19,628 nucleotides of DNA, from contig NW_021824224.1 of NCBI RefSeq assembly GCF_006345805.1, positions 1-19,628 of the forward strand, read 5' to 3'. Below are positions 8,690-16,970 of the stretch, in pieces. The translations under genes and the position numbers were made by a program. The notes beneath the pieces are model-generated. The model worked only from the letters and a program-made list of their open reading frames with translations, searched no databases and had not been told where the DNA came from. Each line of letters begins with the position of its first letter. Positions within the stretch are counted from its first letter, which is position 1. The DNA comes from Octopus sinensis. Taxonomy: Eukaryota.

Positions 8690-9175
8690 TATCCTTCGGC
8701 TGATTTCCTCAGGCTGGTGTGGGGGTGTTCACAGCACCACTCCTGTATGTGCTTTTGTTCCAGCGGTTGACTCATTTGGCGCATGCGGGTGTATGACTCC
8801 GCTGCTCTCGTCTGTACCTCATGCCGAGTCGTCGGTTCATCCAGTAATGTAGAGACGACGATGCCGAGTTCCTTTTTGAAGACGTCTACATCCACGTTAT
8901 GTAGGTTTCTTAATTTTTGTGGCAGATCATTGAAGAGCTGTGGGCTTTTGAACCCTAGGCTATTGCAGTACCTCATCCTGAATTTAGATAGAGTGGATGG
9001 TACCTTTGGTACGTTACAATGACGTCCAGTTCTGGAATTTGTATACCATTCAATGCCGAAATTAGGTACTAGCCTTCTAGAGTTTTCCATATGTAGATTA
9101 TTACATATAGGTCGCGCCTTTGCTCCAGGGAGTAAATTCGTAGTTTTTTCAGCCTCTCCCTGTATCTCATCAGCT
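8690..9175 (-). pseudogene. 3' fragment of a CR1/L2-type LINE ORF2 (post-RT C-terminus plus 3' tail)
   Basis: Minus-strand translation RYRERLKKLRIYSLEQRRDLYVIIYIWKILE (frameshift) LVPNFGIEWYTNSRTGRHC..FKSPQLFNDLPQKLRNL matches the C-terminus of the LINE at 14032-15590 (DRLKALKLYSLQRRRERYII..WKI). Confidence 0.85.
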
Positions 9176-9200
9176 ACACTAATATATATGCACACATACA

Positions 9201-9332
9201 TATCAACCACATACACTTAACGTATATGCTTCCTTCTATTTGGCTGTAGGCTGCGATTTGGTGTGAATATTCCCCACCTCGCCAAATTACAGTTTACCGG
9301 AAAATACACACGTTAAGTGTATGTGGTTGATA
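9201..9332. repeat. Perfect 23-bp inverted repeat with 86-nt spacer
   Basis: TATCAACCACATACACTTAACGT (9201-9223) and ACGTTAAGTGTATGTGGTTGATA (9310-9332). Confidence 0.9.
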
Positions 9333-9364
9333 ATGTTTATTTGAGTGAATCTCTCTCCCTCCCC

Positions 9365-9400
<36 letters not shown>

Positions 9401-9402
9401 GT

Positions 9403-9557
9403 AGGCGAGGACGTGGAACAAGTACTGTGTTACTGGACGCTCAGAAAAGGAAAGAAAAGAAAGAGGATTTCGCGTTTCGAGTGGAACGCTTCATCAGAAA
9501 TATAGAAAAAGTCCAAAGAAGGGAAGACGGAGAAAGAAAATCGTCGACACACACGTG

Positions 9558-9560
<3 letters not shown>
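9403..9560 (-). mobile_element. Short PLE-terminus-like repeat, copy B (inverted relative to 8355-8520)
   Basis: Reverse complement aligns with 8355-8520 with a few substitutions and two short indels. Confidence 0.85.
9467..9501 (-). ncRNA. Inactivated hammerhead motif (paralogue of 8419-8453)
   Basis: Minus strand: ATTT-CTGATGA-A-GCGTTCCACTC-GAAA-CGC-G-AAAT. Stem II is disrupted and U16.1 reads C. Confidence 0.6.
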
Positions 9561-9622
<62 letters not shown>

Positions 9623-10652
9623 AAGAACAATCTTACTTAGAAAGGGATGCGTGCGTTCTGTCATATAATAAATAAATAAATAAATAAAATATATGCATAT
9701 ATACATACATATATGTACGTACCTACCTCTACATGTATATATACATGCATATATGGGTACAGGACACCAAAACAACGTCGAACACAATGAGAAACGAAAA
9801 CATAAACACAAAACCAAGGAAATGGACATTTTTTAAAACAACGTAAAAATAGAGTACAGGACATACAAAACAAGGAAAATTCCCCTTCTTCAGTCGCCTT
9901 AATTTCATCTACTCCACGTTTCGAAGGTCAAGGCGATACATGTCTTCAATGAAATTTTCCTTCCCGCGGAAATCAAATTAAATAAAATTTAAGATTTTTT
10001 TGCGGAGGGGTAAAAATGGCAACAAAAACAGGATAGTAACGACAGTACAAAATAGAAACAGTAAAAGACAGGACACGGAGAATAACAGTAACACAAACAA
10101 GAAGGGCTGTTAAGCCAAACGAGATAAAATTCTTTTACGAACGCTATTGTTTGAGACGTTAGAGAGAACATATTAACGTCTCTACTTGACGGAGTCCAAG
10201 AAGGAAAAGACAGAAATAGCCGTCTCATAACGTGACCGCGACGGGAGGGAGGAGGAAGAGTAAGAGAAGGGGAGAGAAAAGAAGAGAGAAAAGAAGAAAG
10301 AAAAGAAGGGGAATGGTGGTAGAGAAAAAGAAAAGAATGAAGAATGAGAAGAGAGAGGGAGAGAGAGAGACAGTAGGTGGAAGAAAAGGAAAGCCCAAAT
10401 AATGAAGGCTGAGAAAGGGAGGGGAGAGAAAGGTTAAGAGTGTGCATCAATTAATATTAAGAACAATCTTACTTAGAAAGGGATGCGTGCGTTCTGTCAT
10501 ATAATAAATTAATAAATAAATAAAATATATGCATATATACATACATATATGTACGTACCTACCTCTACATGTATATATACATGCATATATGGGTACAGGA
10601 CACCAAAAAAAGGTCGAACACAATGAGAAACGAAAACATAAACACAAAACCA

Positions 10653-10655
<3 letters not shown>
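9623..10655 (-). mobile_element. Second ~1-kb non-autonomous element with ~197-bp direct repeats (836-bp period)
   Basis: 9623-9819 and 10459-10655 are near-identical. The element starts at a (TA)n run and has a GA-rich interior; the second repeat abuts a SINE. The strand is inferred by analogy. Confidence 0.8.
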
Positions 10656-11041
<386 letters not shown>

Positions 11042-11109
11042 GTGTATGTATATTATATATGTATGTATACACACATATATATATATGTATGTATAAATAT
11101 ATATATATG

Positions 11110-11410
11110 GATATATATAAACATATTGTTATATTTCGGAATGGTCATTTTGCCAGTTTAGCCAATAAAAACACACGCACTATATATTTGGTGTTATTTT
11201 GCTTCAGTGTTATTTATTTTTTACATTAATCTTAATCTTATTTCGGCCAGTGTTCTTTCGTCACACTCCTGTGACCGCATCAGTGGTCCTTTGTTTTCTT
11301 CTTTCTTATTTGTGTCTCTCCTTACTAACCGTCAGCCATTTTGTATTTCTATTGTATGTCTTCATTTGCGCAAGCTTATATCTCTATGTGCGTCTATGTT
11401 TATATATATA
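11110..11410 (-). mobile_element. Short microsatellite-flanked repeat with a hammerhead-like motif
   Basis: Island between (TA)n runs. On the minus strand 11289-11245 reads GGACCA-CTGATGC-G-GTCAC.AGGAGT.GTGAC-GAAA-GAACAC-TGGCC. Confidence 0.45.
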
Positions 11411-11415
11411 TAAAC

Positions 11416-11463
<48 letters not shown>

Positions 11464-11508
11464 TATATATATATATATATATATATACATACTATATATA
11501 TACTTATA

Positions 11509-11561
<53 letters not shown>

Positions 11562-11629
11562 ATATATATATTATTAATAGTAATGGTATGGCAACAAAAG
11601 AATGAATGAGACCTGAATAGTATGGAAAT

Positions 11630-11792
11630 AGAAGAATTCCATACTATTGGACCATTGTACTAACCTAGTGGCATTTCTGACTTCCGCATTGATTTTTCCT
11701 AAAATTTCTTTACTAATAACACCAATTTCTGATTTAGCTGGTTTAATAAGCCTGCATTTAGGATTAGATAGAAAGTTCTTTTTATGGTCGTT
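11630..11792 (-). pseudogene. Inverted N-terminal PLE RT fragment
   Basis: DHKKNFLSNPKCRLIKPAKSEIGVISKEILGKINAEVRNATRLVQWSNS, the DHK..NPKCRLINPAKSEIG..QW block that precedes the RT core in this PLE type. Confidence 0.85.
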
Positions 11793-12085
11793 AAAACCAT
11801 TAGGAATAAGAATAAAGCGAGATTTACGCAATTCGATATTGTCGATTTCTATGCCTCCGTCTCTAAGGAACTACTAGATAAAGCAGTCACCTTCGCAAGC
11901 GAATTTATAGAAATTAGTACACAAGATAAGGACTTAATCTTCTATGATAGAAATACTTAACTCTTCAGTGAGAACGCAGAGTCGGTCAAGACTACCGATA
12001 CGGAGGGTGCTTTCGATGTGAGCGTGGGACCATATGACGGATCAGGCATATGCGATCTCATTGGACTATTCCTACTCGATACGTT
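11793..12085 (+). pseudogene. PLE reverse transcriptase core fragment
   Basis: Frame starting with the codon at 11793: KTIRNKNKARFTQFDIVDFYASVSKELLDKAVTFASEFIEIS..RNT*LFS..FDVSVGPYDGSGICDLIGLFLLDTL. It has one internal stop, and the catalytic YxDD region is absent. Confidence 0.88.
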
Positions 12086-12545
12086 GAAACCAGCTATTCA
12101 TGCAGGGATAAAAATTTGTGCCCGCTAAATGGAGCTTGCGTGTCCGAGACCATCATTTATGAAGCCACCGTATACTCTACAACCACTAAGGACATAGTTT
12201 CGTCAAAGAAATATGTGGGTCTCACCGAGGGGAATTTTAAAGCCAGGTTCAACAATCACACCTTGAGCTTCAGTCACTGGGATAAAAGAAAAACAACCAA
12301 ATTATCCAGTCATATATGGTCCTTTAAAGAAAAAGGTGTCAATTACAGCATCCATTGCCAAGTGTAAGCCTCACACCAACGGCAGTGGAAAGTGCGGTCT
12401 TTGTGATATGCAAAGATGGCTCAACTGGAAAAGCAGCTTAGACCCCGCTACATGTTTAAATTCAAGAACTGAACTTTTTGGATCATGTCAACACATGGCT
12501 AAATATTTGTTACGTTTTTGCTCCCCCCAAGATCACAGATAGAAC
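12086..12545 (+). pseudogene. PLE Cys-rich linker and GIY-YIG endonuclease domain
   Basis: YSCRDKNLCPLNGAC..IIYEATV..KYVGLTEGNFKARFNNHTLSF..TKLSSHIW, then after a frameshift AKCKPHTNGSGKCGLC..CLNSRTELFGSCQHMAKYLL. Confidence 0.9.
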
Positions 12546-12694
12546 CTGCTTTTTATATTGTGTACAAGCATTTTATCTCTCCCTATATTTTTAAAATATT
12601 TTTTACTTATATATATATATATAATATTTTATATAATATATTATATATATATATATATATAATATATATATTATATATATATAATATATATAAT

Positions 12695-12751
<57 letters not shown>

Positions 12752-12819
12752 ATATTTTTATTGCTTTATATATTTTACGCATTTTTCTGTATATCACCTT
12801 TCACCCTGCATTTTTCTTG

Positions 12820-13255
12820 TACATGTGCGTATATAGACGTGTATATGAACATTTTTGTGCGCGTATAAGTATATATACGTGTGTGTGTGCTTGTGTGCGT
12901 GTGTGCGTGTGTGCGGGTATGTATATGTGTACGTGTATGGTTGCATATATATGTGAATGTACATGCATGTGTTTCACGCGAGTGTGAGTGGGCTTATGTA
13001 TATATAGCATGTGTGTATTTTAGACGTGTATATGAATATATTTGTGCGCGTATGGGTATGTGCACGTGGGTGTGTGCGCGCGCGTGTGCAGATATGTATA
13101 TGTGTACATGTGTATGGTTGCATATATATGTGCACATATAGGCGTGTGTGTGGGTGTGCATGTATGTGTTTCACGCGAGTGTGAGTGAGCATATGCATAT
13201 AGGCACATGTAAGTGGGTGTGCATGTACATACATAAACATGTGCGCATACACGAA
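12820..13255. repeat. TG-rich imperfect tandem duplication (~190-bp period)
   Basis: AGACGTGTATATGAA recurs at about 12836 and 13022; GTTTCACGCGAGTGTGAGTG recurs at about 12970 and 13168. Confidence 0.75.
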
Positions 13256-13340
13256 TTCTATGAGCGTTTTTACTCATTTACGTTCTCTCCTTCGGGCTTT
13301 TTCCCTTTATTGAACGGTCATTTTCATAGCATTTTTTTAA

Positions 13341-13415
13341 TTGTCTTAATAACTGACGAGATGCCGGAGCAGATTTCCGCCCTGGCATCCGAAACTCGAA
13401 GTTTTATTATGGCAA
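13341..13415 (+). ncRNA. Type I hammerhead ribozyme, near-canonical
   Basis: TTGTC-T-TAATAA / CTGACGA (13353-13359) / GATGCC..GGCATC-C / GAAA (13391-13394) / CT.CGA.AGT-T / TTATTA-T-GGCAA. Stem I has 11 of 12 pairs, stem II 6 bp and stem III 3 bp; predicted GUU cleavage after 13403. Confidence 0.88.
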
Positions 13416-13460
13416 CCGAATAGTTGTCAAATATTTATATATTATATTATATTTTATATG

Positions 13461-13498
<38 letters not shown>

Positions 13499-13501
<3 letters not shown>

Positions 13502-13775
13502 TACCAACGATTCAGCGCATAGACAGTTCAGCGCATGTAATATATGTAGTTTATTATCATATTATATTGGTGTTGATTGTATATCTAAAACAAATGCATA
13601 TGCAACCTACAAACAGCAGTCATAGAATAGATTAACTATAAATAAACAAAAAGCATACATATACATGAAACAAACAGCAGCAAAGAAACATAGGCATATA
13701 TACACACGCCCATACGAAATGATAACTACACCTTTACCTAATAATTTGCCCTGCGCTGAATTGTCGCGTCACGAT
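13499..13775. mobile_element. Small non-autonomous DNA element with inverted subterminal TTCAGCGCA motifs
   Basis: TTCAGCGCA at 13511-13519 and 13527-13535, and its complement TGCGCTGAA at 13752-13760; (TA)n on both flanks. Confidence 0.5.
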
Positions 13776-13837
13776 ATATATATATATACACATACATCAT
13801 CTTCATAAATATACCGATAATTGATACACATGTATAG

Positions 13838-13988
13838 TCGTGGCTGCATGGTTCAAAAGCTTTCCAACCACATGGTTCCCTGCTTCAGTCCCACTGCGTG
13901 GTACCTTGGGCAAGTGTCGTCTAGTATAGCCTCAGGCCGACCAATGCCTTGTGAGTGGATTTGGTAGACGGAACTGAAAAGAAGCCCG

Positions 13989-13990
<2 letters not shown>
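13838..13990 (+). mobile_element. SINE family A, 5' half
   Basis: Head through GAAGCCCG, ending at the internal (TA)n linker. Confidence 0.88.
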
Positions 13991-14031
<41 letters not shown>

Positions 14032-15590
14032 AAACTTAGATATGTTTCGACCAAAGATTGGTCCAGGCCATGTCTAACTTAATAGCACCACCTGATAGGA
14101 TTACTCGAATCCTGTTTAAGTCAAGTTTTGTTCAAGTAGTGAGTTCTTGTTAGGTGAGTTGTATCAGGTTTTGTTCAAGTAGTGAGTTCTTGTTGGGTGA
14201 GTTGTATCCAATTATGGGTGGCTTATCTGGTATTCTTTGAAGGAATCTATCCAGACTCCGTTTAAAGTTGATGGATCTTTTCCTCTTTGATCTCCCTCGG
14301 GACAATGTTAAATAGGGCAGGGCCTGTTGAGGAAAGAAATTATGTTGCAGTGTACATGTATGTTGTGATCTTGAATTGGGCAGGGGACGTATAGCCCGTG
14401 GTCCAAGTCTTGGATGAACCTTGAAGCTAATGTTTAGGTCGTTTGGGCAAAGTTGGCGGTATATTTTCCACATCGTACAAATGATGTACCGCTCACGGCG
14501 ACGCTGGAGGGAGTAAAGTTTCAAGGCTTTAAGGCGATCCCAAGAATCGAGAGCAGCCATGCCTTCAATTTGTTTAGTGAGTGCCCTCTGGGGTGACTCA
14601 ATTCTGGAGATGTTTTGTCTTGTGTGAGGAGACGACAGTGGGCAGCAGTATTCAAAGTGTGGCCGTACAAAGGAGGAAAAAAGTGGTATGATGACACCTT
14701 GTTCTCTGGACCGGAAAGTTCTTAAGATCCAGGAACTCATCCTACGAGCTATATCGACCTTCTTGTTGATGTGTGCGCTCCAACTGAGATCGTCATCAAC
14801 AATTACACCAGGTCTCTGATATTGTTAGAGGCTGTGAGCGGTTCCCCTGAAGGAAGAGAGTATGGTGTTTTAGTGAGGAATTTCTTCCAAAATGCATCAG
14901 CTCAAATTTTTCCTCATTCAGTTGCATTTTGTTTCTGTCTGCCCATTGACTCACAGCATATAGATCAGACTGGAGTGAGTTCGGTCTGCTTCTTCATTGA
15001 CGATTTGCTGGAGCTTAGTGTCATCAGCAAATATTTTCACTTTGCAGTAATGTACGACACTGGAAAGGTCGTACGTAAATTATGAAGAGTAGCGGACCCA
15101 AAACAGTTCCCTGGGGAACACGCTGGGGGCTGGGTTTAAGTGGACTCCATCAACTACAACATGTTGTGTTCTATTCGCCAGGAAATACTTAATCCAGTGT
15201 AGAACTTTTCCACGGATCCAACATTTGCCAATTTTGAGAGTAGGATATTATGGTCTACCCTGTCGAACGCTTTACTGAAGTCAAGATATATGACGTCAGA
15301 GTTCGAACCTTTCCCAAGGCTTGAGTACATCTTCAATGTGGTGTAAGAGCGTGTTAGACAGTCCCTGCCACAGCGAAAGCCATGCTGATTGCATTTAGGA
15401 GTTTGTGGGTCTCCAGGAAGTCAGCTATCCCTGATCTTAACACTCTTTCAAACACTTTAATGATGTGGGAGGTGAGTGAGATTGGGCGATAGTTGAGTAC
15501 GAGGTATCTGTTTCCCTGTTTGAAAACCGGGATGACCGACTGGGATAGAAACTGTTTCGGTATATAACCTGCGTCTAACGAATTTCTCCA
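14032..15590 (-). mobile_element. 5'-truncated CR1/L2-type LINE; RT pseudogene plus 3' tail
   Basis: Minus-strand motifs in order: GNRYLVLNYRPISLTSHIIKVFER, YLDFSKAFDRVDH, VPQGTVLGPL, IFADDTKL, RDLGVIVD, RPHFEYCCPL, RLKALKLYSLQRRRERY. Several frameshifts; no endonuclease domain is retained. Confidence 0.95.
14125..14208. repeat. 43-bp tandem duplication at the LINE ORF2 end
   Basis: GTTTTGTTCAAGTAGTGAGTTCTTGTT(A/G)GGTGAGTTGTATC starts at 14125 and again at 14168. Confidence 0.9.
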
Positions 15591-15806
15591 GTGTGTATAT
15601 ATTCGTGTATGTGTGTCTGTTTGTCCCCACATGATCGCTTGATAACCGATGTTGGTGTGTTTACGTCCCCGTAACTTAGCGGTTCGGCAAAAGAGACCGA
15701 TAGAATAATTACTAGGCTTACAAAGAATAAGTCCTGGGGTCGATTTTCTCGACTAAAGACGGTGCTCCAGCATGGGTGCAGTTATATGACTGAGAAGAAT
15801 AAAAGA
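15591..15806 (+). mobile_element. SINE family A, 3' half
   Basis: Starts at the TG-rich linker and continues TTTGTCCCC..CTTAGCGGTTCGGC..GGTGCTCCAGCATGG..ATGACTGA. Confidence 0.9.
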
Positions 15807-15861
15807 AGACATGAATACATGCATACACAAAACACACACCACACACACACACACACACACA

Positions 15862-15896
<35 letters not shown>

Positions 15897-15971
15897 GTAT
15901 ATATACCAGAGTAATCACATGAATGTGAAGCAAGGTGGAAAACACAGTACTCCAATACCAGAGGTAGAGTG

Positions 15972-16154
15972 ATATGCTATATTAAAAAGGAGCAAAAATA
16001 ATATAAGAACTGTTACTCAGAGTTTCACGTTCCCGTTCGTCGGACAGTTTTTACATTTCCACAGTTTGTTTAGAAAAACTGTCCGACGAACGGAAACGTA
16101 AAACTCTGAGTAACATTTTTTGTGATTTTTTTGCTGCTTTTTAATAAAGTATAT
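15972..16154. mobile_element. Fold-back palindrome (~80-bp arms, 21-nt loop)
   Basis: 16011-16052 versus 16074-16115 match at 40 of 42 positions; weaker pairing extends out to about 15972 and 16154. Confidence 0.88.
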
Positions 16155-16159
16155 ATATA

Positions 16160-16375
16160 TATAACGGGAAGCTTTATGAAAATAAACAAAAGACGAAGGC
16201 AGGTGGAATACAAACAAACAATTGTATTAGTATGGCGCTCAGGAATATAAATAAAACAAGTCTTTTACGTTTCGAGCCTACGCTCTTCAACAGAAAGATA
16301 CACAGAAAAGAAACAGAAAGATACAAGGAGAGAAAAAAAATGCGTGCAGAGGCTAGCGAATCAACATGGCGATTA
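16160..16375 (-). mobile_element. Short PLE-terminus-like repeat carrying a hammerhead motif
   Basis: Starts at a (TA)n run and contains the 16261-16298 motif. Confidence 0.6.
16261..16298 (-). ncRNA. Minimal type I hammerhead motif with A6U core (CUGUUGA)
   Basis: Minus strand: TCTTT-CTGTTGA-A-GAGC.GTAG.GCTC-GAAA-CGT-A-AAAGA. 5-bp stem I, 4-bp stem II, palindromic ACGT, GUA triplet. Confidence 0.75.
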
Positions 16376-16376
16376 T

Positions 16377-16804
16377 GAATCTTTTTTTCTAGCGGTGTCA
16401 TATGAAATTGTCACCCATAATTACGACCCTAGAATCGATCTATTGCATTTCAATCTGTTTTAGGGTTAGGGTTAATTAGGGTTAGGGCTAGTGTTAAGGT
16501 TAGGGGTGGGGGAAGGGTATTTTTTTCTTCACAAATGTAAATAAACCCAATCTGTTTCTTAAACGAGGGACATATTCATACGGCACAGAATGTTTTTTTT
16601 TATTACTTCAATTGACGTCATTGATGGTTGAAATTGCAGAAATTGAAGAAAAAAATAACAAATATCTTACAAACTATAGAATTTTCTCAATAAAGCTAAG
16701 AGAAAAAGATGTTTTATAAACACATTCTACCAGTATACGAAGTTTAAAAATTTTTCAGTTACCTAGAAAATATGTTAAAAACTGCCGTTCAAATGAAAAG
16801 ATCC
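16377..16804. mobile_element. MITE-like element containing degenerate TTAGGG repeats
   Basis: The right end AAAAACTGCCGTTCAAATGAAAAGATCC (16777-16804) has reverse complement GGATCTTTT..., matching the left end GAATCTTTT (16377-16385). TTAGGG-like units lie at 16460-16517. Confidence 0.6.
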
Positions 16805-16970
16805 ATATATATGATATATATATATATATATATATATTATCTATATATATATATATTATATATAATATATATACATATATATACATACACACACACACAC
16901 ACACACACACATATTTATATATATATAAGTATATGTGTGTGTGTGTGCGTGTGTGTGCGCGCGTGTGTGT
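16805..16970. repeat. Compound (TA)n/(CA)n/(TG)n microsatellite
   Basis: Read directly. Confidence 0.9.

Larger units (their letters stand above)
11630..13440 (+). mobile_element. Penelope-like element (EN+, C-terminal GIY-YIG; Naiad-like), 5'-inverted, internally deleted, with 3' hammerhead
   Basis: Ordered RT fragments, Cys-rich linker, GIY-YIG domain, repetitive 3' region and a same-strand HHR at 13341-13415. Confidence 0.85.

Noticed and set aside
8694-8712. CTGAGGA on the minus strand as a hammerhead
   Set aside because: It is followed by GAAG with no stem II and is better explained as the LINE 3' hairpin.
9167-9173. CTGATGA...GAAA on the minus strand as a hammerhead
   Set aside because: It lies at the edge of the LINE coding remnant, and the intervening sequence forms no stem II.
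9886-9950. Split or permuted hammerhead (CGAAACGT upstream of CTGAAGA on the minus strand)
   Set aside because: No consistent stem I could be formed in any permutation.
11125-11170. CTGGCAA..CGAAATATA on the minus strand as a hammerhead
   Set aside because: Too many core changes and no adjacent stem I.
14036-14078. LINE 3' end as a hammerhead (TTAGA/TCTAA stem, GACCAA/TTGGTC stem, GAAACATA)
   Set aside because: The CUGANGA strand is absent (CATGGCCTG instead); interpreted as the LINE recognition stem-loop.
15021-15027. CTGATGA on the minus strand as a hammerhead core
   Set aside because: It encodes the FADD motif of the LINE RT, and no stem II or GAAA follows.
14771-15085. 104-aa plus-strand ORF
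   Set aside because: It is antisense to the LINE RT.
16460-16517. True telomere or chromosome-fusion scar
   Set aside because: There are only a few degenerate units, embedded in a TIR-bounded element and not arranged head to head.
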